Positions 11,171-29,210 of a stretch of DNA of 64,000 nucleotides are shown piece by piece. Location: assembly GCA_963732385.1 (NCBI GenBank), contig CAVSZB010000008.1:32001-96000 (forward strand). Reading direction: 5' to 3'. The translations under genes were made by a program, and so were the position numbers. The notes beneath the pieces were generated by a model, which was not told the DNA's origin, did not search any database, and worked only from the letters and a program-made list of their open reading frames with translations. This DNA is from an uncultured bacterium. Lineage in GTDB: Bacteria > Krumholzibacteriota > Krumholzibacteriia > LZORAL124-64-63. Position 1 is the stretch's first letter, and each line of letters starts with the position of its first letter.

Positions 11171-11434
11171 GGGGCGCCTCCGGCGCGCCGGCGCTGGCGG
11201 GTCGGTCTGCGGTTCGAGCACCTCAGGGTGATCGACGGATCGGACTTCTGGAGCGCCGGATTCGGCGACGCCACGCCCGATCATCCGGTTCCCTGGCGGA
11301 TCGAAACCTCAGCAGGATGCGGTCCGAAGTGGGACCCTGGCCTGCTCGTCGACTTCGTCGTGTCGGTCCGCTGCGGTGACGGCGCGGCGCAGTTCGTGCG
11401 GACGCGGGACGTCCTGATCGGAAGGACCGATTGA
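11171..11434 (+). pseudogene. Probable 5'-truncated remnant of a hypothetical protein gene
   Basis: Protein-like sequence (LRFEHLRVIDG..FW...GPKWDPG..VDFVV.VR...G..QFVR.RD.LI.RTD) is open from the cysS stop, with no RBS or clear start. Confidence 0.4.
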
Positions 11435-11660
11435 GCGCCCGCCCGTGGCGCCGGTGACGGCCCGCACGATCGCGTCCCCTCCCGGCGCGCCTATTTCGTC
11501 TCCCCCCTGCATCCTTCCAACCCTTTCCTCCGTACAACCGTCCACAAAGCGCCGGGCTCGCCCCCGAGAGACCTGCCGGCCGAGGTTCCTTCGCGCTCGG
11601 ATCTCTCGCCCCGAGCGGGACGTCACGCGGTGTCGTGACCAGCCTGCAAGGAGTTCGGAC

Positions 11661-13988
11661 ATGAAAGCATCGACAGTTGCCGGAAGCGCGCTGGCGCGCG
11701 TCGGACTGATCGCCCTGCTGCTGGTCGTGGCCGGCGGGGCGTTCGCGTTTCAGCCTGTCTACCGGCCGCGCCTGGAGACGGCGCGGGCGGCGGGGGCGAT
11801 CCGCATCGACGGGGTCCTGGGGGACCCGGGATGGCAGTCGGCGGGGAAGGCCGACAACTTCAGCGAGCGGCTGCCGGGGGACAACGTCGAGCCGCCGGTG
11901 AAAACCGAGGCGTTCATCACCTATGACGACGACTACCTGTACGCGGCGTTCGTCTGCCAGGACGATCCGCAGGCGCTGCGGGCCACGATGTGCCAGCGCG
12001 ACATGTACGACGGCGACGACATGGTGGGGCTGCTGCTCGACACCTACGGCGAGGGAACCTGGGCCTACGAGTTCTTCGTCAACCCGTACGGCATCCAGCG
12101 CGACCTGATGTGGACCAACATCCAGGGCGAGGACGCCGGGTTCGACATGGTGTGGGAGTCGGCCGCCCGCGTCACCGCGACCGGGTACACGGTCGAGATG
12201 GCGATCCCGCTGGCCGGCATGCGCTTCCCCGATCGCCTGGCGCAGAGCTGGCGGGTCGAGTTCTGGCGCAACCATCCGCGGGAGAGCCTCCGCCAGTACT
12301 CGTGGGGCGCCAACGACCGCAACGAGCAGTGCTTCCCGTGCAAGTGGGGGACGGTCACCGGCATCGAGGGGGTCAGTCCCGGCAAGGGGCTCGAACTGCT
12401 GTCGTCGATGATCGCCTTCCAGTCGGGCCGCATCGCCGACCCGCTGGCGGCCGACTCCGGCCTGCAGACGAAGGACGTCCAGGGCGAGCCGTCGCTGGGG
12501 GCCAAGTACTCTCCCTCCTCCGGCATCACCCTCGAGGGGACCTTCAACCCCGACTTCAGCCAGATCGAGGCCGACGCCGACCAGATCGACGTCAACACCA
12601 CGATCGTGCAGCGCTATGCCGAGCTGCGGCCGTTCTTCCAGGAGGGGAACGACCTTTTCCGGACCATGTTCAACTCCTTCTACACCCGCATGGTGAACGA
12701 TCCGGAGCTCGCCTCGAAGGGGACCGCGCGCTGGGACAAGACCAGCGTGGCCTACATGGCGGCCCGCGACGAGCACTCGCCGTACATCATCCCGACCGCC
12801 GAGCGCAGCTACTCGGCGCCGATGGGACGCTCGACCGTCAACGTGCTGCGCGGCCTGCACAGCCTCGGCAACAATTCGCAGGTCGGTTTCATGGCGACCG
12901 ACCGCCGCTATGACGGCGGCGGCTCCGGCACCATCCTGTCGGCCGACGCGAACATCCGGCTGGCCAGGACCTACAGCTGGGCCACCCAGTACGTCTGGAG
13001 CCGCAGCGCCGAGCCGCGGGGCTTCGCGATCGATCCGGAAGTGACCTTCGACGGCGGCCGCCACACGGTCGACCTCGACGGGGAGACCTACTCCGGCGGC
13101 GCCCTCGTCACCGAACTGCGGCGGCGGTCGCGCGCCTGGAATTTCACCTTCGATTTCAACCAGGTCGCCCCGTCGTACCGGACCCAGACCGGCTACGATC
13201 CGTGGAACGACCAGCGCAACGGATTCATCTGGACCAACTACAACTTCTACCCGGGCAGCGGCCTGGTGGAGAGGATCACCCCCTTCCTCTGGGTGGACGG
13301 CCGCTGGGACTACGACGGCCACCGGAAGTGGGCCCACGGGCAGGCGCAGCTCGACTGCCGCTTCCGCCGGGCGCAGACCAACCTGGGGTTGAACTACAGC
13401 TACGGCGAGGAGACCTGGAGCGGCGTGCAGTTCCCCGACCTGTGGTCGGCCACCGTGAACCTGAATACCCGACCCCACGACAAGCTGGCCCTCTCCGCCT
13501 CGGCCACGATCGCCACCGATCCGGCGCTGTTCACCCTGGAGAAGGGCGATCTGACCCGCTACGAGCTGGCCCTCGAGCTGAAGCCGATCGACCGCCTGAT
13601 CCTCGAGCCGACGCTCAGCTACATCCGGAGCGACAAGTCCGGCGTCGGGGAGCTGCTGTTCCGGCAGACGATCGCCCGGATGCGGATGCGCCTGCAGGTG
13701 AATCCGCAGCTCTCCCTCCGGCTGGTGGCGCAGCACAACAGTTCCCGGCAGCCGGTCTACCAGGCCCTGGCCCTGGAGGGCTCCTTCCCCACCTACCACA
13801 TGGCCTTCGGCTCCAAGTGGGAGGTCGATCCGCTGCTCACCTATCGACTCAACTCGTTCTCTGTCTTCTATTTGGGGGCGACACACGACTTCCGGGACTT
13901 CAACGCCGCCCAGATAGATGCGTCGTCCGACTACGAAATGACCGGGCGTCAGTATTTCATGAAGCTGCAGTACCTGTGGCAGATCTGA
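11661..13988 (+). CDS. Exported CBM9-like + DUF5916 domain protein (probable outer-membrane protein)
   Basis: AAGGAG RBS and signal peptide. IRIDGVL.DP.W, YDDDYLY, FFVNPYGIQ.D, TFNPDFSQIEAD and E.RPFFQEG; C-terminal FMKLQYLW. Confidence 0.85.
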   Translation: MKASTVAGSALARVGLIALLLVVAGGAFAFQPVYRPRLETARAAGAIRIDGVLGDPGWQSAGKADNFSERLPGDNVEPPVKTEAFITYDDDYLYAAFVCQDDPQALRATMCQRDMYDGDDMVGLLLDTYGEGTWAYEFFVNPYGIQRDLMWTNIQGEDAGFDMVWESAARVTATGYTVEMAIPLAGMRFPDRLAQSWRVEFWRNHPRESLRQYSWGANDRNEQCFPCKWGTVTGIEGVSPGKGLELLSSMIAFQSGRIADPLAADSGLQTKDVQGEPSLGAKYSPSSGITLEGTFNPDFSQIEADADQIDVNTTIVQRYAELRPFFQEGNDLFRTMFNSFYTRMVNDPELASKGTARWDKTSVAYMAARDEHSPYIIPTAERSYSAPMGRSTVNVLRGLHSLGNNSQVGFMATDRRYDGGGSGTILSADANIRLARTYSWATQYVWSRSAEPRGFAIDPEVTFDGGRHTVDLDGETYSGGALVTELRRRSRAWNFTFDFNQVAPSYRTQTGYDPWNDQRNGFIWTNYNFYPGSGLVERITPFLWVDGRWDYDGHRKWAHGQAQLDCRFRRAQTNLGLNYSYGEETWSGVQFPDLWSATVNLNTRPHDKLALSASATIATDPALFTLEKGDLTRYELALELKPIDRLILEPTLSYIRSDKSGVGELLFRQTIARMRMRLQVNPQLSLRLVAQHNSSRQPVYQALALEGSFPTYHMAFGSKWEVDPLLTYRLNSFSVFYLGATHDFRDFNAAQIDASSDYEMTGRQYFMKLQYLWQI

Positions 13989-14019
13989 GACCGTCACGGC
14001 CCGGGGGCCTTTTGCCGGC

Positions 14020-14049
14020 TTGACACGGCGCGGCCTCCGGGCTTATATT
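14020..14049 (+). promoter_or_regulatory. sigma70 promoter of the tRNA-tuf operon
   Basis: TTGACA-N18-TATATT followed by a GC-rich discriminator (GCGCGG). Confidence 0.7.
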
Positions 14050-14178
14050 GCGCGGTCTATTTGCTTTTGGTGGAAAACCAGCGAGAGTGTGGGGGCGGGA
14101 AGCCGGCCCCCGGGCGGGCCGAAATGGCCGTCGCAGGGGGCGAGGAGCGTCGCGTCCTCTTGGTACGTTTGGTATCAC

Positions 14179-14254
14179 GCTGGCGTAGCTCAACTGGTAG
14201 AGCTCCTCACTTGTAATGAGGGGGTTGGGGGTTCAAGTCCCTTCGCCAGCTCCA
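14179..14254 (+). tRNA. tRNA-Thr(TGT)
   Basis: Cloverleaf; anticodon arm CCTCA-CTTGTAA-TGAGG; encoded CCA. Confidence 0.95.
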
Positions 14255-14328
14255 AATTTTGATGGGAGTGCCGGCCGGCGGCCGAGGTGGAAGGGCGCGA
14301 GTCAACAGGAACACAGTCTACATTTCGT

Positions 14329-14414
14329 GGGGGGGTTCCCGAGTGGTCAAAGGGACCAGACTGTAAATCTGTCGGCGGACGCCTTCGGAGGTTCGAATCC
14401 TCCCCCCCCCACCA
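14329..14414 (+). tRNA. tRNA-Tyr(GTA)
   Basis: Cloverleaf with long variable arm; CAGA-CTGTAAA-TCTG; ends ACCA. Confidence 0.95.
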
Positions 14415-14450
14415 GACGAATATCATCGGTGCCAGGAGGCGCCGGGAGGA

Positions 14451-14527
14451 GCGGGAATAGCTCAGTTGGCTAGAGCATCAGCCTTCCAAGCTGAGGGTCG
14501 CGGGTTCGAATCCCGTTTCCCGCTCCA
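14451..14527 (+). tRNA. tRNA-Gly(TCC)
   Basis: GCGGGAA acceptor; TCAGC-CTTCCAA-GCTGA; ends TCCA. Confidence 0.96.
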
Positions 14528-14580
14528 GCCTCGCCCGACCTCGAACGCAGCGTAGGGACACGCGGGAAAGGTTCGCCGGG

Positions 14581-14656
14581 GCCCACGTAGCTCAGTCGGT
14601 AGAGCACTTGCATGGTAAGCAAGCGGTCAGCAGTTCGATTCTGCTCGTGGGCTCCA
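14581..14656 (+). tRNA. tRNA-Thr(GGT)
   Basis: GCCCACG acceptor; CTTGC-ATGGTAA-GCAAG; ends TCCA. Confidence 0.95.
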
Positions 14657-14757
14657 ACAACATCACCGATCTGACCCGGCGATGGCGAATCAGATGTGGC
14701 GGAGCCGGTCGCGACCGGCGTCCAGGGCCGAACCACCTTCCTCGGGAGGATGCCGCG

Positions 14758-15951
<1,194 letters not shown>

Positions 15952-16000
15952 CGCACGGGCGGCCGCCGGCAGACGCGGTCGCTGACAAGGAGTGGCAACC

Positions 16001-16153
16001 ATGCCCAGGGACCTGATCATCCTCGCCTGCAGCGACTGCAAGATGAGGAATTATACGGGGAAGAAGAACAAGCGGCTCCACCCGGACCGGGTGCAGTACA
16101 AGAAGTTCTGTCCCCGTTGCAACAAGCATACACCGCACAAGGAGACCCGATAG
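16001..16153 (+). CDS. rpmG: 50S ribosomal protein L33 (Zn-binding form)
   Basis: My translation: [50 protein letters not shown]. Too short for the ORF track. Confidence 0.95.
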   Translation: MPRDLIILACSDCKMRNYTGKKNKRLHPDRVQYKKFCPRCNKHTPHKETR

Positions 16154-16174
16154 GCAGGCGGATTCCTGGACGGC

Positions 16175-16250
16175 AGGGGTGTAGCTCAGTTGGTAGAGCA
16201 TCGGTCTCCAAAACCGAGGGTCGCGGGTTCGAGCCCTGCCACCCCTGCCA
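16175..16250 (+). tRNA. tRNA-Trp(CCA)
   Basis: TCGGT-CTCCAAA-ACCGA; ends GCCA; canonical position before secE. Confidence 0.96.
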
Positions 16251-16291
16251 GACCGGCCCCGGGCCGGTATTGAGAAGGGCGGAGCGCGCTG

Positions 16292-16486
16292 ATGCTGACG
16301 AAACTGCGAGCGTATGTGCTGGACACGACCGCGGAGATGAAACGGGTTTCGTGGCCGACGTTTGCCGAGTTGAAGGAGTCGACGTGGGTGGTCATCGTCA
16401 CGGTGGCCTTCATCACGCTCTTCATCTTCCTCGTCGACAAGACATTGAATTTGACGATCAAGAATCTCATCAACATCCTCAGCTGA
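16292..16486 (+). CDS. secE: Preprotein translocase subunit SecE
   Basis: EMKRVSWP..EL..T motif and a single TM helix. Confidence 0.95.
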   Translation: MLTKLRAYVLDTTAEMKRVSWPTFAELKESTWVVIVTVAFITLFIFLVDKTLNLTIKNLINILS

Positions 16487-16665
16487 GCCGGAGGTCCGGC
16501 CGGCGCGGGGAGTGGAGCGGCCTCGCCCCGTACCGGGGGGCCGCGAGCGCGCCAGCGAAAGCTGCCGGAATCGGGCAGGGCGCGCGTCGAGACCGTCGCG
16601 ACGGGGCCGTGGCCCGGTCGCCCGGTCGTGTCCGCGCGACCGCAGCGCACAGGGAGTGATTCGCC

Positions 16666-17406
16666 GTGGACGAGAGCAAGGAGAGGCTGGAAACCGACGG
16701 CGGTTCTCCCGCCGCGGACGACGCCCCCCTCTTCCAGGATTTCCCGGAGGAGGCGCCTGTCGCCGCGACCGCACCGGCGCCCGTCCTGCCGCCGGCGCCC
16801 GCTCCGGCACAGGCTGTCGCCGACGAGGAACATCCCGGCGACGACGCGGCCGCTGCGAAGGCGCGGCGGGCGCGCATGCGCTGGTTCGTTCTTCATGCGA
16901 ATACCGGCCACGAGAACAAGGTGAAGCGCAACATCGAGATGGCCGTCAAATCGGACCACATGGAGCAGTACTTCGGCGAGATCCTGGTGGCCACGCAGGA
17001 AGTCACCGAGATGAAAAACGGGAAGCGCGCGACCGTTAAGCGCAAGTTCTTCCCGAGCTACATTCTGATCGAAATGGAAATGACGAAGGATACCTTCCAC
17101 TTCATCAGCTCCATTCCGGGCGTGACCCGGTTCATCGGTGGCACTGAATTGCGCCCCGAGCCGATCGGGCAGGACGAAGTCGATCGGATCCTCGGCCGCA
17201 TGTCGAAGGTCCCGGAGGCGAAAACCGTCCTGGAGATCCCGTACGAGGTGGGCGACAGCGTGCAGGTGGTCGACGGGCCGTTCACCGACTGGATTGGCGT
17301 CATCAACGAGATCAATCACGACAAGGGCAAGCTGAAGGTGATGATCTCCATTTTCGGTTCGGAGACTCCGGTCGAGCTCGATTTCCTTCAGTTGAAGGCG
17401 GTCTAG
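16666..17406 (+). CDS. nusG: Transcription termination/antitermination factor NusG with N-terminal extension
   Basis: RWFVLH..GHENKV, FPSYILIEM, PGVTRFIG, KOW motif GPF...G, IFG.ETPVELDF. Confidence 0.95.
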   Translation: MDESKERLETDGGSPAADDAPLFQDFPEEAPVAATAPAPVLPPAPAPAQAVADEEHPGDDAAAAKARRARMRWFVLHANTGHENKVKRNIEMAVKSDHMEQYFGEILVATQEVTEMKNGKRATVKRKFFPSYILIEMEMTKDTFHFISSIPGVTRFIGGTELRPEPIGQDEVDRILGRMSKVPEAKTVLEIPYEVGDSVQVVDGPFTDWIGVINEINHDKGKLKVMISIFGSETPVELDFLQLKAV

Positions 17407-17560
17407 CCGGCCGATCTCTTCCGTGTCTGCGCCGGGAGTCTGGCCCGGAGGCGCGGGGCCGCAGGGACGGACTTCTCCCCGTCCGGCGGGATATATGAGG
17501 CGGCGTCGCCGCGGACGGTGGGCCGGGCGCCGGTGGACGGCGCGCGGACCTGACAAAGGT

Positions 17561-17588
17561 CCGGTGGAGGGGCTGTTTCCCACACTGG
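17561..17588 (+). promoter_or_regulatory. Candidate L1 autoregulatory binding site upstream of rplK
   Basis: CCGGT-GGAG-GGG-ctgttt-CCC-AC-ACTGG: stem, GGAG internal loop, stem, next to the RBS. Confidence 0.5.
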
Positions 17589-17604
17589 TCAGGAGTTGTG
17601 GCTC

Positions 17605-18027
17605 ATGGCGAAGAAAGTACTCACCAGCGTCAAGCTGCAGATTACGGCCGGCAAGGCGAACCCCGCCCCGCCGGTTGGTCCAGCGCTTGGGCAGCATGGC
17701 GTGAACATCATGGAATTCTGCAGCGCCTTCAACGAGCGCACGAAGGACCGTCTGGGCTTTGTGATCCCCGTGGTGATCACGGTCTACGGCGACCGGAGCT
17801 TTTCGTTCATCACGAAAACGCCGCCGGCCGCGGTCCTGGTCATGAAGGCCGCCGGTCTCGAAAAGGGGAGCACCGAGCCCTCCAAGAAGACGGCCGGACG
17901 GATCACCCGGCAGCAGCTGCGCGAGATCGCGGAGACCAAGATGCCCGATCTCAATGCCGGATCGATCGAAGCGGCGATGCGGATCATCGCCGGCACTGCG
18001 CGCAGCATGGGCGTCGAGGTCATCTGA
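17605..18027 (+). CDS. rplK: 50S ribosomal protein L11
   Basis: [27 protein letters not shown]. Confidence 0.98.
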   Translation: MAKKVLTSVKLQITAGKANPAPPVGPALGQHGVNIMEFCSAFNERTKDRLGFVIPVVITVYGDRSFSFITKTPPAAVLVMKAAGLEKGSTEPSKKTAGRITRQQLREIAETKMPDLNAGSIEAAMRIIAGTARSMGVEVI

Positions 18028-18136
18028 CCCCGGCCCCGGACGGGAAGCACGGCGTGCGATTCCCTGCGGGGAGGCGGCACACCGGAGAAGGGTCGCGAGC
18101 CCTTCGCAACTCTCGATCGAATTTGGAGACAAGACG

Positions 18137-18823
18137 ATGAAACACGGCAAGATTTTCCGCAATGCTCAGGCGGGAGTCGACCGGGACCAGGCTCGGGCTC
18201 TTCCCGAGGCCCTGCAGATCCTCGAGGCCTTTCCCAAGGCGAAGTTCGACGAATCGGTGGACGTGGCCATCAGGCTGAACGTCAATCCGAAGTATGCGGA
18301 CCAGATGGTCCGTGGCAGCGTCGTCCTGCCGGCGGGAACGGGCAAGACGGTCCGCGTCCTGGTGATCACCCGCGGCCCGAAAGAAAAAGAGGCGCTCGAC
18401 GCCGGGGCCGATATGGTCGGCGCGGACGAGTACCTCCCCAAGATCAAAGAAGGCTGGACCGACGTGGATGTCATTATCGCCACGCCGGACATGATGGGTG
18501 AGCTCGGCAAACTCGGGCGCATCCTCGGCCCGCGCGGGCTGATGCCCAACCCCAAGGTGGGCACGGTCACGATGGATATCGCCAAGGCGGTCCGGGAGGC
18601 CAAGGCCGGCCGCATCGAGTATCGCGTCGACAAGGCCGGCATCGTGCACGCGCCCGTGGGCAAGCGGTCTTTCAGCGCCGAGCAGCTCACGGAGAACGTC
18701 CACTCGCTCATGTCCGAATTGACGCGCGTGCGGCCCTCGTCCGTGAAGGGGGTCTACGTCAAGTCGGTTTTCATCTCGGGCACGATGACTCCGTCCATCA
18801 GACTGGACCACGCCGCGCTCTGA
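18137..18823 (+). CDS. rplA: 50S ribosomal protein L1
   Basis: KFDESVD, DQMVRG.V.LP.GTGK, LGPRGLMPNPK.GTVT. Confidence 0.98.
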   Translation: MKHGKIFRNAQAGVDRDQARALPEALQILEAFPKAKFDESVDVAIRLNVNPKYADQMVRGSVVLPAGTGKTVRVLVITRGPKEKEALDAGADMVGADEYLPKIKEGWTDVDVIIATPDMMGELGKLGRILGPRGLMPNPKVGTVTMDIAKAVREAKAGRIEYRVDKAGIVHAPVGKRSFSAEQLTENVHSLMSELTRVRPSSVKGVYVKSVFISGTMTPSIRLDHAAL

Positions 18824-18865
18824 GTGCGGTGTGGCGCCGTTGTTCATGTTTAAGGAGGGTGCCTC

Positions 18866-19384
18866 ATGGCACGTCCGGAAAAGGTGGCCGCGGTCGAGGC
18901 CCTCGCCGGGAAGCTCAAGTCGGCCCAGAGCCTGGTGCTCGCCGACTACACGGGGCTGACCGTCGAGCGGATGACGGCCTTTCGCGTGCTCTGCCGCGCG
19001 AAGGGGGTCGACTGCCAGGTAGTCAAGAACCGCCTGGCCGGCATCGCCGCCGATCAGGCCGAACTGACGATCCTCAAGGATCATCTGAAAGGTCCGACCG
19101 CGCTGATCATGGGTCCGTCCAGCCAGATCGACCCGGCCAAGATCACGGTCGAGTTCGCGAAGGGGAACGCCAAACTGCGGATCAAGGGCGGGCTGCTCGA
19201 CGGCCGGTTCCTTGATTCGTCGGCGGTCGAGGCCCTCTCGAGGATCCCCGATCGCGAGGTCCTGCTGGCGCAGATCATGAGCGGTATGAACGGGCCGGCC
19301 CGTTCGCTGACGATCATTGTCAACGGTGTTGCCGCGGCGTTGACGCGGGCCGTCGACCAGGTGGCGAAGCAGAAGGCGGCCTGA
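18866..19384 (+). CDS. rplJ: 50S ribosomal protein L10
   Basis: DYTGLTV, VVKN.L, L.GPTA, IKGG; gene order. Confidence 0.96.
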   Translation: MARPEKVAAVEALAGKLKSAQSLVLADYTGLTVERMTAFRVLCRAKGVDCQVVKNRLAGIAADQAELTILKDHLKGPTALIMGPSSQIDPAKITVEFAKGNAKLRIKGGLLDGRFLDSSAVEALSRIPDREVLLAQIMSGMNGPARSLTIIVNGVAAALTRAVDQVAKQKAA

Positions 19385-19480
19385 GGGCCGAAAGGTAACC
19401 GGGACTCGAACGGGTCTTCCGCGGCCAGACCGAACGCGCGCGGATCGGCCCGATGCCAGAACGAAGAAGGAGAAGACGAC

Positions 19481-19867
19481 ATGTCCGACGCGATCAAGCT
19501 GAGCGACAGCGCCCAGAAGGTGCTCGATCTGATCGAGAAGATGACCCTCCTCGAGGCCGCCGACCTGGTGAAGGCCATGGAGGAGAAGTTCGGCGTGAGC
19601 GCCGCGGCCCCGATGGCCGTGGCCGCCGCCGTGGCGGCTCCCGTCGCTGAGGTGAAGGACGAGTTCGCAGTGGTCCTCACCGCCACCGGCGACAAGAAGA
19701 TCCAGGTGATCAAGGAGGTCCGCGCGATCACCGGTCTGGGCCTGAAGGAGGCCAAGGACCTGGTCGAGAGCGCCCCCACTACCGTCAAGGACGGCTTGAA
19801 CAAGGCCCAGGCCGACCAGATCAAGGCCAAGCTCGAAGAGGCCGGCGCGATCGTCGACCTGAAGTAG
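19481..19867 (+). CDS. rplL: 50S ribosomal protein L7/L12
   Basis: [34 protein letters not shown]. Confidence 0.98.
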   Translation: MSDAIKLSDSAQKVLDLIEKMTLLEAADLVKAMEEKFGVSAAAPMAVAAAVAAPVAEVKDEFAVVLTATGDKKIQVIKEVRAITGLGLKEAKDLVESAPTTVKDGLNKAQADQIKAKLEEAGAIVDLK

Positions 19868-19976
19868 CTCCTGCGCGGGCCCCCCGCACGGCCACGGCCG
19901 GGCGGGGGGCCGTCGCGTCCCCACCGGTCGCCGGCGGGGCCGTCCTGGCACACCCAACGCGCAAGGAAGTGGTCTC

Positions 19977-23804
<3,828 letters not shown>

Positions 23805-23859
23805 AATCCGTCCCACGGCCCGGACCCGCGTTGCGCGGGGCCGGGGGGAGGTTGACCCG

Positions 23860-28041
<4,182 letters not shown>

Positions 28042-28058
28042 GCAGTCCGGAACGGCGC

Positions 28059-28087
28059 TTGACAAGGGGGGCCTCTGGACTTACTCT
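28059..28087 (+). promoter_or_regulatory. sigma70 promoter of the str operon
   Basis: TTGACA-N17-TACTCT. Confidence 0.7.
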
Positions 28088-28181
28088 TAGCGGTCTGCCT
28101 GCGGGTTTTCAGCCCCGCGCGGGCCACAACGTTCAAGCTGGACCAGCGGCTTCGCCGGTCCGACACTCAGGAGATCAAGAT

Positions 28182-28556
28182 TTGCCGACTCTGAGCCAGT
28201 TGGTGCGTCATGGCCGCAAGGTGGCCACGCGCAAGAGCAAGTCCCCGGCGTTGATGAACTGTCCTCAGCGCAAGGGAGTCTGCACGCGCGTCTATACCCA
28301 GACCCCGAAGAAGCCCAATTCGGCGCTGCGCAAGATCGCTCGCGTGCGCCTGACGAACGGCATCGAGATCACCGCCTACATCCCTGGCGAGGGTCACAAC
28401 CTGCAGGAGCACAGCATCGTGCTCGTCCGGGGCGGTCGCGTGAAGGATCTGCCCGGCGTTCGCTACCACATTATTCGCGGCACGCAGGACGCATCGGGCG
28501 TTGAATCCCGTCGTCGCGGTCGCTCGAAGTACGGCGCGAAGCGCCCCAAGGAGTAG
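28182..28556 (+). CDS. rpsL: 30S ribosomal protein S12
   Basis: TTG start after [29 protein letters not shown]. Confidence 0.98.
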   Translation: MPTLSQLVRHGRKVATRKSKSPALMNCPQRKGVCTRVYTQTPKKPNSALRKIARVRLTNGIEITAYIPGEGHNLQEHSIVLVRGGRVKDLPGVRYHIIRGTQDASGVESRRRGRSKYGAKRPKE

Positions 28557-28559
28557 GTC

Positions 28560-29030
28560 ATGCCGAGGCGCAGACGAGCCGAGAAACGTCACGTTTTGCC
28601 GGACGCCCGTCACGGGGACCAGTCCGTCACCAAGTTCATCAGCTATGTCATGGTCGGGGGCAAGCGTACGCTGGCCGAAGGCATGGTGTATCAGGCGTTT
28701 GACACGATCAAGGAAAAGACCGGTCAGGAGGGCGTGGACGTCTTTCGGGCCGCTTTGAATAACGTCAAGCCGAGCCTCGAAGTTAAGTCGCGACGCATCG
28801 GTGGCGCCACCTACCAGGTGCCGGTCGAGGTCCGCCCGGAGCGGCGGGTCATGCTGGCCATGCGGTGGCTCATCAACTTTTCGCGCACGCGCGCGGAACG
28901 CACCTTTGCCGAGCGGCTTGCTGCCGAGTTGATCCTGGCGAGCAAGAACGAAGGACCGTCTATCAAGAAGCGCGAGGACACCCACAAGATGGCAGATGCG
29001 AACAAGGCGTTCGCCCACTGCCGGTGGTAA
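28560..29030 (+). CDS. rpsG: 30S ribosomal protein S7
   Basis: [29 protein letters not shown]. Confidence 0.98.
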   Translation: MPRRRRAEKRHVLPDARHGDQSVTKFISYVMVGGKRTLAEGMVYQAFDTIKEKTGQEGVDVFRAALNNVKPSLEVKSRRIGGATYQVPVEVRPERRVMLAMRWLINFSRTRAERTFAERLAAELILASKNEGPSIKKREDTHKMADANKAFAHCRW

Positions 29031-29210
29031 TGGTCCCTCTCGTTTTCGCCAGGGCGCAGCGCTAGGGATGCGGCTTCACACAACTCGATAGCCCCGACCG
29101 TTCCTCCCCCGGAGGGAATGGCGGGCAGAGACGTCGGACAGGCCGCACGCGGCTACTGTGCGCGTCGTGGAGTAACGGCGTTTGAGGTGATTCGGGGTCC
29201 GGGGGCAGGC

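Noticed and set aside
11168..11230. Selenocysteine recoding of the cysS TGA
   Set aside because: CysRS is complete at this stop, the hairpin does not resemble a bacterial SECIS in spacing or loop, and the position is not a catalytic Cys.
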